64,000 bases of DNA, from positions 1-64,000 of the IMG/VR virus record IMGVR_UViG_3300027917_000019, one strand, 5' to 3'. The first letter of the stretch is position 1; each line of letters begins with the position of its first letter. The stretch comes from a virus. Position numbers and translations under genes: made by a program. The notes under the pieces were generated by a model, which saw nothing but the letters and a program-made list of their open reading frames with translations, had not been told where the DNA came from and did no database searches. This document shows, in pieces, positions 34,279 through 42,443 of this stretch.

Positions 34279-34458
34279 ATGGCACGTACACATCACCACA
34301 ATCGTGGTTGGGCTAAACGTCGAATGAACAAGGATCACAAAGAAGATCGTCGTTTGTGTCAAAGACGTTTTCGTAGTATACAGAGAGGGATGATACATCA
34401 CGAACGTTGGGATGATATTCCAAGGTTCCGTAGAGACAGTGGGTGGTTGACATGGTAG
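34279..34458 (+). CDS. small Arg/His-rich protein (59 aa, not in the ORF track)
   Basis: MARTHHHNRGWAKRR...FRRDSGWLTW. Confidence 0.6.
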   Translation: MARTHHHNRGWAKRRMNKDHKEDRRLCQRRFRSIQRGMIHHERWDDIPRFRRDSGWLTW

Positions 34459-34578
34459 AAAGCATTTTGACCAGCGTCACGACTACGCAGTGAATCACAA
34501 GACCGGTAAGCAGATTTGCTACAAAGCCTATTGCAAGGGGCACGTTTCGGACTTATGGTGATGCGGAAGGAGACACGT

Positions 34579-34833
34579 ATGGACTTTGAGAAGGAAATTA
34601 CAAAGGCTCAGAAGACTGCAGCCCAAAAGGCTATGAAGGAAGCGGCTGCTCGAACACTCAACGATCTTGCAACGGATCTTGGTAAGAAAGTTGCTGCTAC
34701 ATGGTTTAAGACTCACCGCAAAGAACTGGAGCAAGAACTAGCAGAAGCTCTAGAAGAGCTTTGGCCGGGGATTCTTGAAAAGACTGCACAACGTTGGGCG
34801 AAGGAAGCTGAACTAACGGTGGATGGTTGGTGA
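34579..34833 (+). CDS. hypothetical helical protein
   Basis: AAGGAG RBS before MDFEKE. Confidence 0.7.
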   Translation: MDFEKEITKAQKTAAQKAMKEAAARTLNDLATDLGKKVAATWFKTHRKELEQELAEALEELWPGILEKTAQRWAKEAELTVDGW

Positions 34834-35063
34834 TGAAAATTGTAGCAACAAACGAACAGCTGTATCTGGTGGATATCTATGATCTCGGGGATATCGGTGA
34901 AGAAACACCAGATCAGCAGCGCTTCAACAGGGATATCACGGTCCCTAGTAACCTTTTGTTCATGGAGTATGCTGAGTACCTGCAGACTCTCTATTCACAG
35001 GCAGCTGGGGAACGAGAGTTTCAAGAAAGGCGTGATTCCATGAAGGTTGTGGTGTCTGGATGA
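34833..35063 (+). CDS. hypothetical protein
   Basis: TGATG coupling. Confidence 0.7.
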   Translation: MKIVATNEQLYLVDIYDLGDIGEETPDQQRFNRDITVPSNLLFMEYAEYLQTLYSQAAGEREFQERRDSMKVVVSG

Positions 35064-35572
35064 CTGTTCGTTCCATCAGTGTGTGGCCTCACGAGGTTTT
35101 GCGTGAGGTAGCAGAAGCTGTAGAGGATGTGCATGCTGAAGAGGTTGTGCAACTGGTCAAAGACCTTCGTGACACGACAACGGCTTACAGGGCCCACGGT
35201 GTTGCTGCTCCACAGATAGGTGTGTCAAAGCGGGTCATTATCGTACGAGACGGTGAGATACATAGGGTCCTAATTAACCCAGAGTATCTCACCACCTCTG
35301 CAGTCCCCATTACTTCGTTTGAAGGTTGTTTGTCCTTTCCTGGCGTAAGAGTGAAGATTAAGCGTGCAGATTCTGTGCATATTTCGTACTTAGATGAACA
35401 TGGACACGCTCATTCTTGGGAAGCAGAAGGTTTGTCTGCGGTGGCGGTTCAACACGAGATTGATCACCTGAATGGCGTTGTCATGATAGATCATCTTTCA
35501 AAGTTGGAGCGCAACATAGCTCTACGGCGCCTCAAGAAGGTTAAGAAGAGGTTGGGAGCATACGCTGCATGA
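35060..35572 (+). CDS. def: peptide deformylase
   Basis: GVAAPQIG, EGCLS and QHEIDHLNG motifs. Confidence 0.95.
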   Translation: MTVRSISVWPHEVLREVAEAVEDVHAEEVVQLVKDLRDTTTAYRAHGVAAPQIGVSKRVIIVRDGEIHRVLINPEYLTTSAVPITSFEGCLSFPGVRVKIKRADSVHISYLDEHGHAHSWEAEGLSAVAVQHEIDHLNGVVMIDHLSKLERNIALRRLKKVKKRLGAYAA

Positions 35573-35769
35573 ACTTTGATATCGTGGCTATTACTCGACA
35601 GGCTGAATCTCGGGGGTGGAAAGTAAAGCCAACTAAGAGCGGTCATTACTGTTTCTTGGCTCCTGACAAGAGTATTCGGCCAATATATGTCTCATCTACT
35701 CCTAGTGATTGGAGAGCTATTCACAAGATTAAGGCACAGTTTCGGCGGGCAGGGTTGGAGTTGAGTTGA
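35569..35769 (+). CDS. HicA-like dsRBD-fold protein
   Basis: GWKV..KSGH..TPSD.RA..K...RRAG. Confidence 0.65.
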   Translation: MNFDIVAITRQAESRGWKVKPTKSGHYCFLAPDKSIRPIYVSSTPSDWRAIHKIKAQFRRAGLELS

Positions 35770-35986
35770 TGAACACCAAGGATGTTAAAAAACACGGGGA
35801 TCCGTTGCCATGTTGTAATGGTTACATCTACTATGACGGCCGCTGTGGTGATGGTCCGATACCAATCCACGAAAAAACGTGTCCTGTCGGCAAGCGCGAG
35901 GAGGCTGAGTGGGCATATTGGAGTCGCGAGCGCAGATAGGATTAACACTTGACAACACCGTAAAAGGTGTTACACTGAGGCTCTTC

Positions 35987-36063
35987 GGCCCTATCGTCTA
36001 CGTTGGTTAGGACGCTAGCCTCTCACGCTGGAAAACCCGGATCGTCGCCGGGTAGGGTCACCA
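35987..36063 (+). tRNA. tRNA-Glu(CTC)
   Basis: CTAGC-CTCTCAC-GCTGG; own promoter TTGACA-16-TACACT at 35949. Confidence 0.9.
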
Positions 36064-36072
36064 AGGGGTATC

Positions 36073-36678
36073 ATGCAAAAGATCAAGTATCTACTTTCAG
36101 TTTTGAAGCTTTTCTATAGGTATATACGTGCCTTTTCTACGGGTTGGACACCGTATGATTATCGTCAGGCTGGAAGGCTTCTTAAGGAACAATACTTGGG
36201 TACTGCTGTTGAGCTTTTTCATGACGGTAAGTTCTCTAGGTTGGATTTGTTGAAGCTGGATTCATGTTTGCCTATGAGTGATGAGGGAATTGCTGCGTTG
36301 AAGAATCCGGAAAAGGCGCCTCTTCTACCGGATCCTTATCGCAAACACAGCGGGACCGGAATTGCCGATCTACCCCTACCGCCGTATCCGATAGAACCAC
36401 CTGCTCCTGGAGTTGGTCCAAACTATTCAAATGTACCGAGGCGTTCAAAGGGCCTTTCTAAGGCAGCGTTTCAGCAACTAGCTGGAGGGTATGTTTCTCG
36501 AAGCGGTGGCGTCAATGAGCTTGAACGAGTTTCTTTTGAGTTAGAGAATGCTAAGAAGATCCTTGCAGTGGCACAAGAGCGTTATGATAAGGTACTAGAG
36601 CAACACATTCCCATAACTGTTGCTGAATATTACGAGCGCCTTGACAAGTCTGATACAGACCCACAGAATTCTCATTGA
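36073..36678 (+). CDS. hypothetical protein
   Basis: 201-aa ORF with RBS. Confidence 0.7.
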   Translation: MQKIKYLLSVLKLFYRYIRAFSTGWTPYDYRQAGRLLKEQYLGTAVELFHDGKFSRLDLLKLDSCLPMSDEGIAALKNPEKAPLLPDPYRKHSGTGIADLPLPPYPIEPPAPGVGPNYSNVPRRSKGLSKAAFQQLAGGYVSRSGGVNELERVSFELENAKKILAVAQERYDKVLEQHIPITVAEYYERLDKSDTDPQNSH

Positions 36679-36683
36679 AATTT

Positions 36684-36763
36684 CGCGGGGTAGGGGAGTT
36701 AGGTCGTCCCCGCTAGGCTCATACCCTGGAGATCGCAGCGTTCGAATCCTGCCCCCGCAACCA
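36684..36763 (+). tRNA. initiator tRNA-fMet(CAT)
   Basis: CGCGGGG 5' end with C1:A72 mismatch; loop CTCATAC. Confidence 0.85.
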
Positions 36764-36764
36764 A

Positions 36765-36839
36765 GGCCCGGTCGTCTAGCGGCTAGGACAACAGCCTTTC
36801 AAGCTGTGAACCGGAGTTCGATTCTCCGTCGGGTCACCA
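36765..36839 (+). tRNA. tRNA-Glu(TTC)
   Basis: ACAGC-CTTTCAA-GCTGT. Confidence 0.92.
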
Positions 36840-36840
36840 T

Positions 36841-36915
36841 GGCAACACACTCGGGATGAGTACGCGACTCTCATAAGGTCGTCGGCATAGAGTTCGAGTC
36901 TCTTCGTTGCTACCA
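36841..36915 (+). tRNA. tRNA-Met/Ile2(CAT)
   Basis: CGACT-CTCATAA-GGTCG; ACCA. Confidence 0.8.
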
Positions 36916-37159
36916 TGAATGTGCGTTGTGGTGAGATACACAAGTTCTTTGAGGAGCTTGCCAGAGTTTTTCCCTTCAAAGTCCTATACGTAACGAACCT
37001 CCTGGCAGAGGGGTGGCCGTTAGAATCGGCCCACATTCAGCAGTTTGTCTAGAACGAGTGTGGTCCTCCTACCATAATCGCTAGAGTGCTACAGTCCGCG
37101 CCTACCCGGCGTGGCGTCCTATGAGGGCACGGGACGAAAAAAAACAGAGGCCCTCATTT

Positions 37160-37234
37160 GCGGCTATAGTTCAGTGGTAGAACGTCACGTTGCCAACGTG
37201 AATGTCGCGGGTTCGAATCCCGCTTGCCGCTCCA
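37160..37234 (+). tRNA. tRNA-Gly(GCC)
   Basis: TCACG-TTGCCAA-CGTGA; TCCA. Confidence 0.92.
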
Positions 37235-37442
37235 ATACCCACAAACCTTTCGGATATGTGCCGGACCAGTTGAAGGCAGGGTATTTCTTCGGTCCAATCG
37301 CGGCTCTTATGACCTAAAAAGACTGAGTATGCGGTGTTGCTTTTTGACCCACTCAAGAAGATAAATCCTATGGCTCTGCAGAAGAGGAGTTGTAGGTGGA
37401 CTGCTTAGCGGTAGTCTTTGAGGGGCTTAGCGGCTCCTCTTT

Positions 37443-37516
37443 GCGGGTGTGATGTAGTGGTAACATGGAAGCCTTCCAAGCTTTTCTCATGGGTTCGAAT
37501 CCCTTCACCCGCTCCA
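37443..37516 (+). tRNA. tRNA-Gly(TCC)
   Basis: GAAGC-CTTCCAA-GCTTT. Confidence 0.92.
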
Positions 37517-37517
37517 T

Positions 37518-37590
37518 GACACGGTCCATCTGGGATGGTGTTTGGTTGCAACCCAAATTGAGGTCGGTTCGATTCCGACTCGTGTCTCCA
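37518..37590 (+). tRNA. tRNA-Cys(GCA)
   Basis: TTTGG-TTGCAAC-CCAAA; U73. Confidence 0.9.
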
Positions 37591-37696
37591 TGTCCTTAGA
37601 AGCGCTTATAGTAGGTCCCGCTATTGTGGTTGGTTTTGTAGTTGGCACCGTGATTATTTACGGCGGGGCGTTTTTAATGGGAAGGTTGTTGTACAG

Positions 37697-38293
37697 ATGG
37701 CTGTCCTGATTCCAGGAAAGTTTCTATATCTAGCAACACCACACACAGCCTCGGTCGCTACTACTCACGCTCTTGCACAACTCCCCGAAGCAAAGACTAC
37801 TCGTTTGGGTGGTTTGGAGAAGTTTGGGCATCTTCCTGTAGCACATCACGCAACTAGAAAAGATGTGGAACCCTACTTGACAGGTACTGAGGTAGTGGTT
37901 ACTACGATACGGAATCCACATGACTTAGTAGTAACGTGGTGGGTTCGTCAGCAAGGGGCCGTCAAGCATTACCTAGGTCCTGGTGCCACTTTCTTAGACT
38001 TTGTGAAAAACGTAGACAAAGTGATTGGCCCGTCGGGTCCTTTTCTACAGGATGGGCAGTTGTTTTGGCACGACGTAGATCGCGTGCTCAGATATGAAAA
38101 CTTAGAGACAGATTTGAACAGTCTTCTTGTAGAACTAAATCTACCTATTGTAACGTTAGAATTAAAGAACGTAACTAAAGACAAAGAACATTGGCGTTCT
38201 TACTACGATGAAGAGAGCTTTGAGGTAGTTAGGGCTCGCTTCGAAAAGGAACTAAAACATTTCGGGGGTGAACTGGTTTCGCCAAGGGAGTAG
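37697..38293 (+). CDS. sulfotransferase family 2-like protein (degenerate PAPS motifs)
   Basis: PHTAS, IRNPHD, RYENL and WRSYYD pattern. Confidence 0.7.
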   Translation: MAVLIPGKFLYLATPHTASVATTHALAQLPEAKTTRLGGLEKFGHLPVAHHATRKDVEPYLTGTEVVVTTIRNPHDLVVTWWVRQQGAVKHYLGPGATFLDFVKNVDKVIGPSGPFLQDGQLFWHDVDRVLRYENLETDLNSLLVELNLPIVTLELKNVTKDKEHWRSYYDEESFEVVRARFEKELKHFGGELVSPRE

Positions 38294-38548
38294 ACGGTAA
38301 AGACTCGTGCCGGGGCGCCGCTGGCCCCGTAAAAAGCGGCAACCAATAACTGCAGATAACGCAGCCCTTCCTCTCGCGGCCTGATCGCGGAGGCGCTCTA
38401 TAGGTAACGTCTGTCAGTACCTAACCTAATTAGAGTGTCATTCAGAACTGACTTTGTCTTAATTTGAGCTTCTCTTAGTTATTCTACGCACGTCAACCCT
38501 TTACTTGAGCTTTTTTGTACCCGGGTTCGATTCCCGGCACCTCCACCA
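38264..38548 (+). ncRNA. ssrA: tmRNA, tag (A)ADNAALPLAA
   Basis: GGGGGTG/CACCTCC-ACCA with G3-U70, T arm, pk1 followed by ATAACT-GCA resume codon; tag ORF 38352-38384. Confidence 0.92.
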
Positions 38549-38549
38549 A

Positions 38550-38624
38550 GCCTTAGTCGTATAATGGCAAATACTTCGCTTTCGTACTGCGAAAATGGGG
38601 GTTCGATTCCTCTCTAAGGCTCCA
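38550..38624 (+). tRNA. tRNA-Thr(CGT)
   Basis: Loop TTCGTAC; TCCA. Confidence 0.88.
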
Positions 38625-38626
38625 CC

Positions 38627-38809
38627 ATGAAACTAACTGGTAGTAAGGCAATCTTTCGAGAGAAAGCTGGTGTGATCAGCGAAGGTCCCATATGGGTCTT
38701 TACCGACACTAAGGGTTGGCTATATCTACACGAGAGTTTCTTTGGACTGTTGTGGCAAGTACTAACTGAATGGCGACACGATCGCCACTTGGTTGGTTTT
38801 CTGCCTTGA
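38627..38809 (+). CDS. hypothetical protein
   Basis: 60-aa ORF between the tRNA and the Ro60 promoter. Confidence 0.55.
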   Translation: MKLTGSKAIFREKAGVISEGPIWVFTDTKGWLYLHESFFGLLWQVLTEWRHDRHLVGFLP

Positions 38810-38872
38810 CACACGTGAAATCGTAACTATACTGCACCCACTTGTCTCCCATGAAGGGAATAGGAGAATATC

Positions 38873-40483
38873 ATGGCAAATCAGCAGCTTTTCAGCAACA
38901 AGGGTAAGACCCCTAAGACCGATACCGTAAACCGTGCTGGCGGAAAGGCGTATGAGCTAGAGGCGAAGGCCGCTCTTGCGCAGTACGCTGCAACGGGAAT
39001 GTTGGGATCTACCTTCTACGCGAAGGCAGAGGACCATCTTGATGCTGTCTTGGAGCTTGCAAAGGCAGTTCCTCCGAAGTATCTTGCACAGGTGGCTGTG
39101 TACGCTCGCCGTACCGCTCACTTGAAGGATATGCCTGCACTGTTGCTTTCAGTGCTTGCAACTCGTGACACTGAACTTTTCAAGCAGGTTTTCCCGTTGG
39201 TTATCGACAACGGACGTATGGTGAGGAACTTCGTTCAGATCATGCGCTCTGGTGCCGTGGGTCGTACTTCTTTGGGCTCTGCTCCGAAGAAGGCTGTACA
39301 AACCTGGCTTCGCAACCAGTCTGATGAGTACATCTTCAAGGCATCTGTGGGTAATTCTCCGTCCCTTGCTGACGTGATTCGCCTTGTACACCCGCGTCCG
39401 AAGACGAAGTCTCGTGAGGCTCTTTATCGCTATCTTATTGGGCTTCCCATGAAGGGCTACAAGTCCAAGCTTCCGAAGATCGTCAAGGAATTTGAGAAGT
39501 TCAAGACTCAGAAGGCCGAGAAGCGCCAGATTCCTGACGTGCCTTTCCAGATGCTCACCGCTCTAGATCTTTCTGAGGCTGAGTGGTCTAAGATCGCTGA
39601 GAACGGTGCTTGGCAGTTTACGCGCATGAACCTCAACACGTTTGAGCGTCATGGTGTATTCAAGGACTCAAACATGGTGAAGATGATTGCCGATCGTCTT
39701 CAGGATGAGGGACTTGTACTGAAGTCTCGTAACTATCCTTACCAGATGTTTACGTCCTTCAAGGCTACTTCTTCCAAGATTCCTGCGAAGGTTCGTAACG
39801 CTTTGCAGACTGCTTTGGACCACTCTTTCAAGAACGTTCCCGACTACTCAACCATTCTTGACAAGCCGGACGTACATGTGCTTGTAGACGTGTCTGCGTC
39901 TATGGGTGGCCCGGTTTCTGGTCACGGGTACCACACCACTTCTGAGCAGGTAGCACACGTTGATGTGGGTGCTCTGTTCGCAGCGGCTATTCGCGTTCAG
40001 AACGACGAGGGTTTGGTTATTGCATTCAATAACCATGCTCAGGAAGTAGACCTAAACGCGCGTGACTCAATCATCACCAATGCAACAAAGGTTCGTGAGT
40101 GTCTCGGCGGTGGAACCGACTGCTCTGCTCCTCTGCGTTACTTGAATATCAAGAAGGCAACGGGGGATTTGGTGGTTATGATCAGTGACTATGAATCTTG
40201 GTACTCCGTTCAGTCAAAGCACCACAGCGGTCCTGGTTTCATGTCTGGGTCTACTGACATGATGCAGGAGTGGAAGAAGTACAAGAATCGCAACCCGAAG
40301 GCTGTTTTGGTTTGCATCGATACGATTCCTCAGTGCACGACTCAGGCTGTTGGAAAGGACGTACTACTTGTAGGCGGCTTCAACGACAAGGTCTTTGACG
40401 TAATCGCGACTTTCCTTGAGGCCGGTGGGGATGATACCCATTGGGTAAAGGAAATCGAGAAGACTTCTCTTAAGGTAAACTAA
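38873..40483 (+). CDS. rsr: Ro60 / TROVE-domain RNA-binding protein
   Basis: NRAGGKAY, LKDMPALL, SLADVIRLVHPRP, RMNLNTFERHGVF, vWA DVSASM and GGGTDCS; promoter TTGACA-16-TATACT at 38806. Confidence 0.95.
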   Translation: MANQQLFSNKGKTPKTDTVNRAGGKAYELEAKAALAQYAATGMLGSTFYAKAEDHLDAVLELAKAVPPKYLAQVAVYARRTAHLKDMPALLLSVLATRDTELFKQVFPLVIDNGRMVRNFVQIMRSGAVGRTSLGSAPKKAVQTWLRNQSDEYIFKASVGNSPSLADVIRLVHPRPKTKSREALYRYLIGLPMKGYKSKLPKIVKEFEKFKTQKAEKRQIPDVPFQMLTALDLSEAEWSKIAENGAWQFTRMNLNTFERHGVFKDSNMVKMIADRLQDEGLVLKSRNYPYQMFTSFKATSSKIPAKVRNALQTALDHSFKNVPDYSTILDKPDVHVLVDVSASMGGPVSGHGYHTTSEQVAHVDVGALFAAAIRVQNDEGLVIAFNNHAQEVDLNARDSIITNATKVRECLGGGTDCSAPLRYLNIKKATGDLVVMISDYESWYSVQSKHHSGPGFMSGSTDMMQEWKKYKNRNPKAVLVCIDTIPQCTTQAVGKDVLLVGGFNDKVFDVIATFLEAGGDDTHWVKEIEKTSLKVN

Positions 40484-40519
40484 GAGGGGATGGTGACAGC
40501 CGGGAAAGACCGGCACTAA

Positions 40520-40595
40520 GCCTCAGTAGCTCAATGGCTAGAGCACCTGCCTTGTAAGCAGGGGGTTATGAGTTCGACTCTCATCTGAGGCTCCA
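40520..40595 (+). tRNA. tRNA-Thr(TGT)
   Basis: CCTGC-CTTGTAA-GCAGG. Confidence 0.93.
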
Positions 40596-40661
40596 AAGCA
40601 CTCTAACTACTTGTGCTTTGACACTATACCTAAAGGTTACTTAATCGTTAAGTAAAGTGGA

Positions 40662-40696
40662 CCCCTGCTAGGCTATAAGCTTAGCGGGGGTTTTTA
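40662..40696 (+). terminator. intrinsic terminator
   Basis: CCCCTGCTAGGCT-ATA-AGCTTAGCGGGG followed by a T-tract. Confidence 0.75.
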
Positions 40697-40737
40697 TTTA
40701 GGTTGCTACTATTGCCTATATTTGCTAAACTCACGGT

Positions 40738-41037
40738 GTGCTTACTGTGGCTTGGCCTAGTACGACAGACTGCAACGCTCAGGTCTGGAGGATTTTAGAC
40801 TTGAGCGGTATGACTAAAAGTGTGAGAGAATCCAAGAACTTTACCCGCGCAGGGTTTGTGTACTTGGATGGTGTGCGTGTATCTGGGTTTAAGACTACAG
40901 TTGCTACAGGTTCGTTGTTTGTCTTGGAAATTCGCTTTCCTAATGGTAAGATAGTATCTAGAGAAATTCGCTTGGTTACTTCAACGCCTCCGAGACAACA
41001 AAGAAACCCCAACCCTACCAACAACTACCGTGGCTGA
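40738..41037 (+). CDS. stand-alone S4-like RNA-binding domain (TyrRS C-terminal type)
   Basis: ILDLSGMTKSVRESKNFTRAGFVYLDGVRV matches the S4 pattern. Confidence 0.65.
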   Translation: MLTVAWPSTTDCNAQVWRILDLSGMTKSVRESKNFTRAGFVYLDGVRVSGFKTTVATGSLFVLEIRFPNGKIVSREIRLVTSTPPRQQRNPNPTNNYRG

Positions 41038-41225
41038 TGTATAAACCACACGTTATATGCCCTTACTGTGGGACAACCATAGAAGCTAAGGTAAGTGGTA
41101 CTACCTTGGATGGCCTTGCACACGGCTATCAGCCGGCTTGTTCCTGTGCTGAAAGTCAGCGTGCGTGGGAACTAGAACATCGTGCGCGCATAGAAGCCCG
41201 TAAACGAGCTAAGAGAGGCAAATGA
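41037..41225 (+). CDS. small Zn-binding protein
   Basis: CPYC..CSC. Confidence 0.65.
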   Translation: MYKPHVICPYCGTTIEAKVSGTTLDGLAHGYQPACSCAESQRAWELEHRARIEARKRAKRGK

Positions 41226-41758
41226 AAATAGGAAAGTATATAACTTACCTATGGACGTGGCCATTTGATGTTTTTGTATGGCTCGTGTGGGTGCTACCGT
41301 TTCGCGCGTTGTGGGGTGAGAACTTGCGTTGGGAGGAGGGGTCTCTTGTATTCAATCTTACTGAAGACAGTTGGCCGTCCAGAACGTGGTATAAGGATTG
41401 GCTGGGTACGTCTATTTGTCATGCAATAATGTACTCACACAACACACCACAGGATCAAATTCCACCACACAGAATAGTTGTACATGAGCAACACCATGTG
41501 AAGTGGTTTGAGGGGATAGTGCTTTCGGCACTAGTTTTGGCGCTTGTGGTTCTTGGTGTTCTAGGGGCAGCTGGTTTGTGGACCTACGCTCTTGTTTGTG
41601 GTTTTCTTATATATAGTTTGAGCTACCCACTACAGTTTCTAGGAAATTTCTTTGTGGCGTGGTTGCTTACTGGAAGACCATATCGTGACAGCTTTCATGA
41701 ACAAGCAGCCTATGCAGTAGACTTTAAGTACCAACGTACTGGAAAGAGGGACACATGA
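41222..41758 (+). CDS. membrane protein with HExxH (putative zinc metallopeptidase)
   Basis: VHEQHH, two TM helices, YRDSFHEQAAY. Confidence 0.65.
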   Translation: MKIGKYITYLWTWPFDVFVWLVWVLPFRALWGENLRWEEGSLVFNLTEDSWPSRTWYKDWLGTSICHAIMYSHNTPQDQIPPHRIVVHEQHHVKWFEGIVLSALVLALVVLGVLGAAGLWTYALVCGFLIYSLSYPLQFLGNFFVAWLLTGRPYRDSFHEQAAYAVDFKYQRTGKRDT

Positions 41759-42441
41759 GATCAGTTTCAAAGAAGAGACCGTCAGTTAATCCTAGAGCGC
41801 TCCCGAAGGTTTCTAGAAGTCGTCGAAAGTACCAAGACTCTGTTGAGGTAGCAGGCAACCGTGAGCGCACTAACCAAGGCTATCGTATTGCGGGAACCAC
41901 TTGTGCTGATTATGAAACATTCTTTGAGTACGTCAGTGAAGGACAAGTTACGGATAAGGTTGTTAGTAAGGACAAAATTAGAACGTACCGAATAATGAGT
42001 GGGCAGGGTTTTGCTATTCTAGAGAAGAATGGTGTGCAGAAGTCCGTTGTTCTTGTTGCGGGGCAGGAACTTACTGTAGAAGCCGGTATTGCTCACCAAC
42101 TGATTACCACATCAACAAACGAGTTGGAGATTGTTGTAATCCAATCTTCTAAGTATGAAGACAGCATTACTGTTCTTGAGAAGTCTTCAACAACTGCTCA
42201 GCTGGCCGCAAAATTGATGAAGTCTACGTCTAACGAGGAGGCTGTTCAAAAGACAGTCAACTCAGTGCGTCGTAGTAGATCAAAGGCTGCAGAGCAACAA
42301 GCTCAACTTGCTGCAGAGCGTGGACGTCGTGCCCCGACGCCGCCTCCAGATGTTCAAACCGCTGCAGCAGCTGGAGACCCCACCTTTTCTGTGAATTTGC
42401 CTCCTTCATTTGGACGTGATCTAAGAGGAGCAGACGGCTGA
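41755..42441 (+). CDS. cupin-like domain protein
   Basis: YRIMSGQG..LVAGQELTVEAGIAHQL cupin barrel pattern. Confidence 0.6.
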   Translation: MRSVSKKRPSVNPRALPKVSRSRRKYQDSVEVAGNRERTNQGYRIAGTTCADYETFFEYVSEGQVTDKVVSKDKIRTYRIMSGQGFAILEKNGVQKSVVLVAGQELTVEAGIAHQLITTSTNELEIVVIQSSKYEDSITVLEKSSTTAQLAAKLMKSTSNEEAVQKTVNSVRRSRSKAAEQQAQLAAERGRRAPTPPPDVQTAAAAGDPTFSVNLPPSFGRDLRGADG

Positions 42442-42443
42442 TA

